Source: Selaginella moellendorffii
Lineage: Eukaryota; Plantae; Lycopodiophyta
Assembly (NCBI RefSeq): GCF_000143415.4
Contig: NW_003314269.1
Span: 1,371,544 to 1,435,543 of the forward strand
DNA length: 64,000 nucleotides
Direction of reading: 5' to 3'
The notes below the pieces were generated by a model. It had not been told where the DNA came from. It worked only from the letters and a program-made list of their open reading frames with translations, and made no database searches. How positions within the stretch are numbered: position 1 is the first letter of the stretch; each line of letters starts with the position of its first letter. A program made the position numbers and the translations under genes. Below are positions 20,175 through 29,700 of this stretch, piece by piece.

Positions 20175-23100
20175 ATTTGGCACCTTATAAAAGTAAAGTG
20201 GTTAATATTTTTATTATTATTATTTTATTAATAAGTATTAATTTTTCCAGCTAATGCTAAGTAGTTTGGCAAAGACCAACATAACTTCGTGACAAAACCT
20301 GCTCACAACTCACAATCTCTTTGTTGATCCCTGTTGCATAGGAATCACTCTTCTTCCTTTTAAGCCATCTAAGAAACTTCCTGAGTTTTCTGACACAGCC
20401 ATTACCTCATATCACAACATTTGCATACTTTGTGAGACTTCACATAAAAACCCAATGGCCAAAAGAGGAGCCAGCAATCCATTGTTTTATGATGATGAAA
20501 AAATCAGAGAAGAAACTTGATGGGTTTGCCATCCACTACCACATAATTCAGCTGCAATGACCATCAAGCCTGCAATGCCACAACCTAGAGAGAGACATCC
20601 TGAATATCCCAGCATCTATAGCATTGAGGACGTCTACTTCACCCTTTGCTAGCCTTTTTGACAAACTTGAATTTATCTCTACAGGTAGAGGTATGTAATT
20701 GCACATAGACTCTTATATATTGTCAACTTTTGTGATTTTCCATTTCTTCCACCTCTTCCAGGATTGTGCTAGTATTTGTGAGCTCTGAGGTGGCTACAGC
20801 CCTATGGTTGTCAATGTTGACTGCTCCTAGGAATCAGAATGGAAAAGAGTTTGGAAACTAAGAAACATGACTTGGAATGGAAAAAATTGTAACTAATTAA
20901 ATCTTGATGTTCATTCTGGCCTCAATAGCTCATCTCTTTAGCCAATCTAACTAGATAGACCAGGTTAGTGTTTGTTAAACTATTGGACCCTTTACAAAAA
21001 CTAATACTATTTGCAAGCTTATTATAAGTTGTGATGATTGTTCATTTCTTCATGCTCCTGCATCATGTTCCAAAAGTTAGTGGTGATTTCCTGGTTGTCT
21101 ATACTTTTGATTGACTTCCATAAATCCAGCCCAGACAAACATGTTAGGTTAAGGTAAATTTGGGACATATAAGTATCACCCCAATTGGAAAATGAAAAAT
21201 TGAACACTTTAAACCATACAACACAACTATGGGTATGCAAGACACAACTGCAATTTGAACATAGACTTGTGAACTTTCTCAACTTTCTATTTTATTCATT
21301 ACTAGCATCTAATGTCAATGCAACCAATCTGAGTCTGATCTTCAATCTGCCATTCAAGATGATCTTCAACATGGGCAATACACAACACCGTGTTCAAGAT
21401 GATCCTAGGCAATGCCTAGCATGCTGGCATAACATAAAGCTAGAGAGATATATCCTATGTGGTCAGCCCATCAAAACACCTTCTCCCAGCATTCCAACTA
21501 TTGACACTTACATGGAGTGATTGGCGCAAAGTTTCTTGTTCCTGATTGTCACACTGAAACAACAAGAAAAAGGAAAATTTCAATTTTCTTGGTCTAAATC
21601 TTCAAAGTTCTGGAGTAATTCTAGTGCTGGTCAATTCCAGAAGTAGAAGCATTAGGCAGTGATGCAGTAGCCATAGAAGTGTCGAGCGAAAGATATGTGG
21701 CACCATACTCACCCTGAACAATGCTAAGAGTATATGTTATTTGGGAATAGATCTAGAGCAGTATGATGATTTCTCCTGTCCTATGAGTGCAATGTGATTG
21801 TCTCAAATTCTTGGACCAATGAGTGTCTTCTCTAATACAAGCTACTGATGACACATGTTGTGATTTGGATTTCACCCACAACACCCAATGAACTTCTTCT
21901 CTTCCAGCCAGCCTGGCCATCCAAACATCCACATGACTTTTCCCACAACCATAGATACCAAGACTCTCCTTGGCTTGGGATTGGACGGCTGTGAACCTCT
22001 GGCCCTTATCGCTTTATTTTTACAGATTTTGTCATCTTCTTGGGAGTTTTTAATAATTTTAAAGCTTTTAAATTAAAATAATTATCAATATAAAATAGAA
22101 TTTCCACGTGTGCATATATTTTTATAAAAATTATATTAGTATTTAGAATAAATATATTTACTTTTTATTATATTTTAATTAAATTATTGTTGAAAATTTA
22201 GTTTTAATGTTTTAAAATAGTATCTTATGTTTCATAGAGGTAAATATCACAAGCATATTTTCAATACTTTATTTGTATAAAAATATATACTTAAAGATCT
22301 TTAAAATATATGCTAAGTGTAAATGCATGTACAGTTTGGTATAAAAATATGGTACAATATAATTAAAAATAAGAATTTATTATGGAAATAAATAATTTTA
22401 TGACAAAAATTAAAACTCTACAATTATTTTTATTTTAAGAATAATGATGATCTTCATATAATTTATTTATATTTTAAAACTTTTATCATATAAAGAGTTA
22501 TAAGGTAGATTATTGTCATTCAACTACTTTTATTTGTCATTTATTTGTACCACTGTATCATACATTTTCACTAAATAGAAAAAATATAGTTTTATATCTA
22601 TTACAAAATTATTAACAAAATGTCTTTGAGTCCCATACAGGTTTTACTAATGGCTTGATACTTAATGTTTTTTGGTATATAAAATATAAAACTAAGTTAC
22701 AATCATTTTGCATTACCAATTTGGCATCTTCATAGCAATTTTGAAAATTACATAAAGTATTAGATGCCCAAACAACATTATTATTAGAAGAATATAAAAT
22801 TAAATTTCCATTTTCATGTAACCTTAAAACACATCTAATACCTTTATTAGATGTTTTTGTAGACCATAAGTTTGTATTTTGTGCATATATAATTAAGTTG
22901 CAACTAGTATCCAAATATAAATGTGCTTTTCTGTTTAATGATATTAAAAATTGTGATGTCAATAAATACTGATGTGGCATATTATTGTAACCACTTATTA
23001 AGGTGTAAGTAAAAATATCACATCCAACACTTTTTGTTGAAGTGATGGTTTTTTGTTTATAATAGCTGGATATAATCTTTATAAAATGTAACACTTGTAC

Positions 23101-23244
23101 AAAATTATGTGGATGATAGTTTCTAACAAAATAGTAAATAATAAAATGTTCAGTTTTTATAATAAAAAATGATGCAGCATATTCCATCATTTCATTAATA
23201 GAAACTCGTAAGATTTGAGATAATGAGTTTCTTATAATAGAGCC

Positions 23245-23418
23245 TGTGAGGGCCAAGTGTACGGCTACGATGCCGTATACTAATATTAGCGTAGTGGATT
23301 TTGGTAGCCGTCGGATTGGTTTCAATCCGGACCACTCGCTCCTGTATATAAGCTAGGGTTTTTGGGCTAATTGATATGCACATTTCTGTATTCCCTTTCC
23401 ATATTCTGAGCACTCACA
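23245..23418 (+). repeat. Gypsy 5' LTR (174 bp)
   Basis: Identical to 28081-28254; contains TATATAA and a CTAGGGTTT telo-box-like motif. Confidence 0.97.
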
Positions 23419-23419
23419 T

Positions 23420-23435
23420 TGGTGGAGGTGAGGGG
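23420..23435 (+). promoter_or_regulatory. Gypsy PBS, tRNA-Ala-like
   Basis: TGGTGGAGGTGAGGGG (TGGTGGAGATGAG in the decayed copy) is complementary to a ...CAYCUCCACCA 3' end typical of tRNA-Ala. Confidence 0.7.
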
Positions 23436-23651
23436 CACCTTTGATTGTCCCGGAAGAGTGCTTGGATTTGGGATTTTGGCTTAGATCTAGCTTTTGCATC
23501 GTCTAGATCTAGCTTTTTCCATTTCCTTTCTTTTGTTCTTTCTTTTCAGGGTTTTGGTTTAGATCTAGCTTTTTGCATTGTCTAGATCTACCATTTCCTT
23601 CTAGCTTTTTGTCACTTCTCTTCTTTTGCTCTTTCTTTTTCGTTCATCTTC

Positions 23652-24584
23652 ATGGCAGATCAACAATCTCCTCCTTTGACTCTAGAGCAGCAGTTGGTAC
23701 AATTGCTTGATGCTATGCGCTTGCAATTGAACAACCAAACTCAGTTGATGGCGGCGTTTACGGCACGTGGTACAACTCCTCCTGCTCTTGGTGCCAATCC
23801 TCGCGTTCGGCCGGAGTTCTTTCGCGGGAATCCTGGGGATGATGTGTACCATTGGTTCGATCACTTCACGGTGATTGCCACATATCATTCTTGGGATGAT
23901 GCTCGACGGTTGCGTGAGTTTCCCACGTGTCTCCAAGGGACGGCGTTGCAGTGGTACAATGGTTTGAGCGCGGCCACTCGTGGGGATTGGAGTGTTCTCC
24001 CGGACGTCTTCAAACGCGCCTTCGGACATGCCGATGATTGTGATGATGCTTTCCAACAATTGCATCGTCTTCGTCAAGGGCCATCGGAGTCGGTGATGCA
24101 ATTTGGCGTTCGTTTCCGAAGTCTTTTGCTTCGTGCGGAGCCAAATATGTCGGAGCGGATCAAGCTTGGAATGTTGTGGCCAGCACTTCGTCAAGATCTT
24201 GTCGGACTTGTGCATGCACTTGCTCCTGCCACCCTTGACGATGCTCTTCGCTTGGCACAACGTTATGAGACGTCGCCTCTTCCACTTCTCGCTGCACGTC
24301 CTTCCGCTCCACTTCCTGTGGGTGATGCTCCTGTTCCAATGGAGGTTGATGCTGCTGCTGCTCGAGTCCCAGGACAAGCGCGAGGACGTGGTCGTGGCCG
24401 TGATGTTCGTTGTTGGGCGTGTGATGAAGTTGGTCATACTTATCGGCGTTGTCGGCGTTTTCCGGATTGGCGACCTCCATTTCCTGGGTGGAGACCTTGG
24501 CGTCAGCAACGTCCCGTTGGTGCTGCTGCAGTGGAAGGTTTGGATACCGAGGTGCATTCGGGAAACAAGGAGTCGCGCGAGTAA
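23652..24584 (+). CDS. gag: Gypsy Gag, 310 aa
   Basis: Retrotransposon gag core (LQGTALQWY...QGPSESV), PVPMEVD motif, and zinc knuckle CWACDEVGHTYRRC. Confidence 0.93.
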   Translation: MADQQSPPLTLEQQLVQLLDAMRLQLNNQTQLMAAFTARGTTPPALGANPRVRPEFFRGNPGDDVYHWFDHFTVIATYHSWDDARRLREFPTCLQGTALQWYNGLSAATRGDWSVLPDVFKRAFGHADDCDDAFQQLHRLRQGPSESVMQFGVRFRSLLLRAEPNMSERIKLGMLWPALRQDLVGLVHALAPATLDDALRLAQRYETSPLPLLAARPSAPLPVGDAPVPMEVDAAAARVPGQARGRGRGRDVRCWACDEVGHTYRRCRRFPDWRPPFPGWRPWRQQRPVGAAAVEGLDTEVHSGNKESRE

Positions 24585-24623
24585 TGGAGGGACCTTGCGC
24601 GAATAAGTTAGTGACCCCTCCAT
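24560..24623 (+). promoter_or_regulatory. -1 programmed ribosomal frameshift signal: G GGA AAC plus H-type pseudoknot
   Basis: Heptamer at 24560-24566 in gag phase, 6-nt spacer. Stem 1 TCGCGCGAG (24573-81) / CTTGCGCGA (24594-602); stem 2 ATGGAGGG (24584-91) / CCCTCCAT (24616-23). pol is in the -1 frame. Confidence 0.88.
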
Positions 24624-27600
24624 CTTTCTTTCGGGAGTATCATCAAGGGGTTCACTCGGCACCAGTTCATCCAGTGTTTACTTTCCAAGCTCGTTTTTAT
24701 AACAAGAGGTCTCCTATTCTTCTCTCCGTGTTGGTTGATACAGGTTCGAGTTTATCTTCTATTGCTCGACCTGTTGCCACACGTTGTCGTCTACACTTGC
24801 GTCGTGCGGCGGATCCAGTTTTCATTCTTTATGGCAACGGCCGTACACATGCATGTGCACGAGATGAGGCGGACCTGGTTGTGTGTGTGGGCGATCTCGA
24901 GCTTGAGTTACAGTCGTTGCGGGTGGTGCCGAGTCAAGCTTTTGACCTCATTCTTGGTATGGATTGGTTGCAGCGCAATCATGCTAAGTGTGACTTTGAG
25001 GCTTCTCCCCCTTGTCTTATACTTCCTTATGTTTCAACCATTCCTCTCACTTCCGTACCTCTTCGTCCCTCTACTTCTACCTCTGCTTCCATTACTTTTG
25101 TTCCCCCACTGTTTCCTCTTGTGTTTCCATCTTGTTCTGCTCTTCCCTTTTCCGATCCCTCCGATGATCTTTGTGTTGTCAATGTTGACCAGCTCATGAA
25201 GGAGTATTCTGATCTCTTTGAATTTGACCTATCGTCTGGGGCCAAGATTGCCACACGTCATCCCATTCCAACCGGGGATGCTCGTCCAATCAAGGTTCCT
25301 GTTCGTCGTCGGTCACCCAAGGAGATCAAGATTTTACGTGCAAACGTCAAGGAGATGTTGGCGAAGGGTGTTATTCGGAAGTCGCGGAGTCCTTGGGCAT
25401 GTGAACCTCATCTTGTGACGAAGCCTGATGGGAGTATTCGTTTCTGCATCGACTATCGTCCGTTAAATGAAGTGACGATCCCGGACGTGTACCCTCTTCC
25501 TCACACTGCTGATCTCTTGGATCGTCTGGGGCGAAGTCGTTGGTTCACCAAGCTAGATCTTGCTTCTGGTTATTGGCAAGTACCGATGGCCGAAGAAGAT
25601 ATTCCTAAGACTGCTTTTCGTACACCATTTGGTTTGTACGAGTTCTTGGTGATGCCGTTTGGTTTGAACAATGCTCCGGCAACTTTCCAGCGGATGATGG
25701 ACGAGGTTCTTTGCGATATGCCGGAGGTGACAGCTGACTTCATTGATGATGTCTTGATCCACTCGGAGGGGACGTGGGAGGAGCACGTTCGTGATGTTTG
25801 TAAAGTGTTGGATCGGCTACGCGACGTTGGTTTAAAGCTGAAGCGGTCAAAGTGCGTGTTTGGGTCCAAGGACACAACTTATCTTGGGTACCGTATTTCT
25901 CGTGAGGGTTTGCAAGTTGATCCTGACAAACTTGTGGCTGTTCTAAAGTTCCCTACTCCGAAGTGTGTGAATGATGTGCAGCGCTTTTTGGGTAAGGTGC
26001 AGTATCTCGGTCGTTTTGTGGATCATCTTTCCGATCGCACTACACCATTGCGAGCGTTGCTGAAGTCATCAACGTCATCTTTCATCTGGTCTCCGGATTG
26101 TGAGCGGGCGTTCGTGAATCTCAAAGAGCTATTGACGACTCCTCCGGTTTTGGCATATCCTGACTACACTCGACCTTTTATTTTGCGTGTGGATGCTTCT
26201 GACATTGGTCTTGGAGGTGTGTTGATGCAAGAGAGCTCGAGTGTGCCTGGTCAGCGCCATCCCATTGCATACATAAGCCGTACATTACAACCAGCGGAGA
26301 TGAACTACTCCACGACGGAGAAGGAGTGTTTAGCAGCAGTCTGGGGTTTCGAGAAACTTCATGCATATCTACATGGTTCTCGGACGTTACTTGAAGGTGA
26401 TCATGCTGCTGTTACTTCATTATTGAAGCGGAAGAACCTGGTTGGTCGTACGGCTCGATGGGCTTTGAAGCTTCAGATATATGATTTCGATGTTGTTCAT
26501 CGCCCAGGGAGTTCTATGGCTGATGCTGATGCCCTTTCTCGAGCTCCTCTTCCTTCTCCACTCACTTCTCATGTTTCTGACGAACCTGTTGTTCCAGCAT
26601 CTGTGGATTTTCTAGATGAGGATTCTGTGCCGTCGGCGGTTGCTGTCCTTGACGTTCAGTGTCCACAGGGCGCAGAGCAAGATCTACCCTCTCTTGATGA
26701 GGTTCGCGAGGCTCAAAAGATTGAGCCGTGGATTCGAAGGCTTCGAGATGGGTTTGAGAATCCTGCATCACTTGCTGATGACTTGCCTTTCCGGCATTTA
26801 CATTCTCAATATCGCCTTGAAGATGGCCTTCTTTATTTTGTGGGGACGGATCCTGATGATCATTTACGGCTGGTGGTGCCTTCGGTGTTTATTCCGCGGT
26901 TTCTCCATGCCTACCATGATTCTCCTGTTCTAGGTGGGCATATGGGACACCGTCGTGTCACCGAGAAGCTGCGCAGATCTTTCTATTGGCCAGAGATGCG
27001 ACGTGATATTATCCGGTATGTGCGTAGCTGCGTTTGGTGCCAAGCTCGTAATACTCCTCCTTGTGCTGCGGAAGGACGGTTGGAGTCAATTGCAGTTTCC
27101 CGTCCGTTTGAGTTGGTGGCGTTTGATCTTATGGGACCTTTTCCACGATCGACTGCTGGCAATGAGTATGTTATTATTGCTTCTGACTATTTGACTCGTT
27201 GGGTGGAAGTTGGTGCTCTTGCTAGCGCCTCTGCAACTGCTGTTGGATACTTCCTCCTCAATCGAGTGGTGTTCCAGCATTCTTGTCCAGAGCGGATTCT
27301 TTCGGATAATGGTCCTGCATTTATGGCTGAGGTATTTCATGTTTTGACATCTCGGTTGGGGATACGCCACACTTTTACGAGTGCTTATCATCCACAATCA
27401 GACGGTTTGGTGGAACGGCTCGTTCGGACATTCAAAGGGATGATTGCGAAGTATGTGAACTTTCAGCATTCGGATTGGGATGGTTATTTGCCGTCTCTTC
27501 GGTATGCCTATGTCACAGGGGTGCAGAGTTCTGTTGGTGCTTCACCATATAAACTTCTATATGGTCATGATCCAATATTACCAACAGAGCTGGGTTTACC

Positions 27601-28048
27601 TTCGCGATTGCCACGAGCTCCTGATGCTAGGTCATGGGATCAGTATTTGACAAGCATTCTTCCACTTGTCCGAGCAGAGTCTGCCGAACACTTAGGCCGC
27701 ATACAAGTGGGACAACAACGGCGCTACAACTCCCATCATCGTCCACCTGCGGAGTACAAAGTGGATGATTTGGTGTTAGTCCGTTTTCCCCATCTTACGG
27801 TACGTGGTTTGTCTAAGGGGCTCCTTGCGCAGTGGAAAGGACCATATCGGGTGTTGCGGCAAGTTGGACCGCAAGTTTATGAGGTTCGGCATGACGTTCA
27901 GCAGGCCGATCCTCCGGAGATTGTGCATGTGCAGCGGTTAAAACGCTTCATACAAAGGGATCAGGAGCAGTTAATACCGTCTACAGATCTGCCGATGCCT
28001 CCTCCTGACATTCCTCCAGATCCCGGCCCATCTACAAGAGAACCCTGA
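24560..28048 (+). CDS. pol: Gypsy Pol (protease, RT, RNase H, integrase), -1 frame relative to gag; frame open from 24449
   Basis: VDTGS / LILGMDWL; RFCIDYR, MPFGL, FIDD; VDASD / EKECLA / ADALSR; H-H-C-C zinc site, SDNG, GLVER; WKGPY...VHVQRLK. Confidence 0.95.
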   Translation, partial: GKQGVARVMEGPCANKLVTPPSFFREYHQGVHSAPVHPVFTFQARFYNKRSPILLSVLVDTGSSLSSIARPVATRCRLHLRRAADPVFILYGNGRTHACARDEADLVVCVGDLELELQSLRVVPSQAFDLILGMDWLQRNHAKCDFEASPPCLILPYVSTIPLTSVPLRPSTSTSASITFVPPLFPLVFPSCSALPFSDPSDDLCVVNVDQLMKEYSDLFEFDLSSGAKIATRHPIPTGDARPIKVPVRRRSPKEIKILRANVKEMLAKGVIRKSRSPWACEPHLVTKPDGSIRFCIDYRPLNEVTIPDVYPLPHTADLLDRLGRSRWFTKLDLASGYWQVPMAEEDIPKTAFRTPFGLYEFLVMPFGLNNAPATFQRMMDEVLCDMPEVTADFIDDVLIHSEGTWEEHVRDVCKVLDRLRDVGLKLKRSKCVFGSKDTTYLGYRISREGLQVDPDKLVAVLKFPTPKCVNDVQRFLGKVQYLGRFVDHLSDRTTPLRALLKSSTSSFIWSPDCERAFVNLKELLTTPPVLAYPDYTRPFILRVDASDIGLGGVLMQESSSVPGQRHPIAYISRTLQPAEMNYSTTEKECLAAVWGFEKLHAYLHGSRTLLEGDHAAVTSLLKRKNLVGRTARWALKLQIYDFDVVHRPGSSMADADALSRAPLPSPLTSHVSDEPVVPASVDFLDEDSVPSAVAVLDVQCPQGAEQDLPSLDEVREAQKIEPWIRRLRDGFENPASLADDLPFRHLHSQYRLEDGLLYFVGTDPDDHLRLVVPSVFIPRFLHAYHDSPVLGGHMGHRRVTEKLRRSFYWPEMRRDIIRYVRSCVWCQARNTPPCAAEGRLESIAVSRPFELVAFDLMGPFPRSTAGNEYVIIASDYLTRWVEVGALASASATAVGYFLLNRVVFQHSCPERILSDNGPAFMAEVFHVLTSRLGIRHTFTSAYHPQSDGLVERLVRTFKGMIAKYVNFQHSDWDGYLPSLRYAYVTGVQSSVGASPYKLLYGHDPILPTELGLPSRLPRAPDARSWDQYLTSILPLVRAESAEHLGRIQVGQQRRYNSHHRPPAEYKVDDLVLVRFPHLTVRGLSKGLLAQWKGPYRVLRQVGPQVYEVRHDVQQADPPEIVHVQRLKRFIQRDQEQLIPSTDLPMPPPDIPPDPGPSTREP

Positions 28049-28080
28049 TGGCCTTCCATTATTCCGAGAGGAGGGGATGA

Positions 28081-28254
28081 TGTGAGGGCCAAGTGTACGG
28101 CTACGATGCCGTATACTAATATTAGCGTAGTGGATTTTGGTAGCCGTCGGATTGGTTTCAATCCGGACCACTCGCTCCTGTATATAAGCTAGGGTTTTTG
28201 GGCTAATTGATATGCACATTTCTGTATTCCCTTTCCATATTCTGAGCACTCACA
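28081..28254 (+). repeat. Gypsy 3' LTR (174 bp)
   Basis: Identical to 23245-23418. Confidence 0.97.
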
Positions 28255-28760
28255 AGCCTTGATTTTCATGACCTTCATTATTTATATAACAAATTTGTTG
28301 AACTGTGTCTAAAACAAAAAAACCAAATCCAACATAAGTATTTGGATTTGAAATTAAGACATGTCCATGTGCACTTTGTCCTAGAGGAATCATACCATCT
28401 GGTATATTGCTAATTCTTGTTGTAATATCAGTTAAAATAGTAATTACTGCTTGTGCACTTAGAGCATTAGTAGTACCAATTTCATATTGAATATCAATAC
28501 CTTCAGAAAAGCCGATCAATAAAATTAATATAGTAAAAGTAACTTCCATATTTATTTCTTTAATTTATTTTGAATATTTTAATTAATGTAAACTAATATT
28601 TATAAATAATTTATACTGGTAAAATTGAAATAATTATATAATTTTATTTAAACAGCTTACAAGGTTTTTTAACTAGCTATAATTTTTTATATTAAAAATA
28701 ATCTATAGCTATAGCTAAATAAAATAAAAATTTTAGGGATATAGGTTAGAACACTCTCTC

Positions 28761-28852
28761 TGTATATATATGTATATATGTGTATGTATACAATATATAT
28801 ACATATATATGTATCTATATGTATATGTATGTATATGTATATATATGTATAT
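28761..28852. repeat. Imperfect (TA)/(TATG) microsatellite
   Basis: tgtatatatatgtatatatgtgtatgtata... Confidence 0.85.
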
Positions 28853-29700
28853 CATGGAAATCTATACAGATATGGACAACACAAAAGAGCCACATGGAAA
28901 ATATAAATTCATTGAATTTTGATACCCATAATATAAGTATGAATGACATAATTCAATACCTTTTAGCAATTGGCCATACATGACCTAAAGATAGTTTATA
29001 AATCTTATATGATTTCATGATATTCAATTAGGGACCTAAGGATAGTTTATAAATCCCACATGATATTCATTTAGAGATATCTTCAACCAAAAATAACTAT
29101 AGAGTGGAACATAAACCCTTTGTCACGTGTCTAAGAGTAGTAGAGTAGAATTTAACTTTTTAGGGCCTTAGGCCTCTAAACAAAGAGATAGAGCCAAATT
29201 CTCAAGTATTCAACTAAGAAGCAAAAGAATTAAAACATAGAATGACTCTTGAATGTACAATCAATCAAATCTTATTGCAAACTTTGATATAGAAAAAACC
29301 CACTTAAATCTCCATGGTATGTAGATCACAATCCACATACCTGCAAAAGGACCATTTAGTAAAGTGGAAGTTAAGCAGCTGGTTTACTGCCACTCAAAGA
29401 GGTTTGATTTTCAACAGGTAGTCATGTTTTACCCATTGATATTAAATTATTTTGCATTTTCTTACATTTTTCATTCATAGATGGATAATTTATTGCTAAT
29501 AACTCTTAGTTTAGTAGTCTTATTCATAAACACCAAATTAATCTTAAACCATTAGATAGGAAAATTTTATAAATTATACACATATTTATAAATTATAAAT
29601 CCAAGATAATTTTTACAACCTAGGATCCCCTTTAAAATAAAAGACAAAAGTTTAATTTGGATCTCGCGCCAAAAAGGGTTTAGGGTTCTTGAGAGGAAAG

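Larger units (their letters stand above)
23245..28254 (+). mobile_element. Full-length, very recent Ty3/Gypsy LTR retrotransposon (5.0 kb, no chromodomain), 4-bp TSD AGCC
   Basis: Identical 174-bp LTRs with TGTGAG...CTCACA ends, AGCC at 23241-23244 and 28255-28258, PBS, PPT at 28066-28077, intact gag and pol in PR-RT-RH-INT order. Confidence 0.98.
22612..28549 (-). pseudogene. Secreted bulb-type (GNA/B-lectin) protein gene split by the Gypsy insertion; reconstructs to one 307-aa ORF
   Basis: Removing 23245-28254 and one TSD joins 28549-28255 in frame to 23240-22612 (...HENQG|SIIRNSL...). Signal peptide MEVTFTILILLIGFSEG. Lectin subdomains DTSCNLIIY, HENGNLILY, QNDCNLVLY. Confidence 0.88.

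Noticed and set aside
22612-23325. ORF-track proteins starting MKPIRRLPKST / MLRIWKGNTEM
   Set aside because: Their N-termini are antisense LTR sequence; the true lectin N-terminus is at 28549.
23682-24662. 326-codon ORF antisense to Gypsy gag (also 47120..47509 and 48416..48766)
   Set aside because: It is codon-aligned with gag and starts at GTG. gag rarely uses TTA/CTA/TCA, so antisense stops are absent by default; this is a shadow ORF.
25735-25755. RT catalytic motif FIDD instead of YxDD
   Set aside because: FIDD is common in plant Ty3/Gypsy RTs, so it does not indicate inactivity or novelty.
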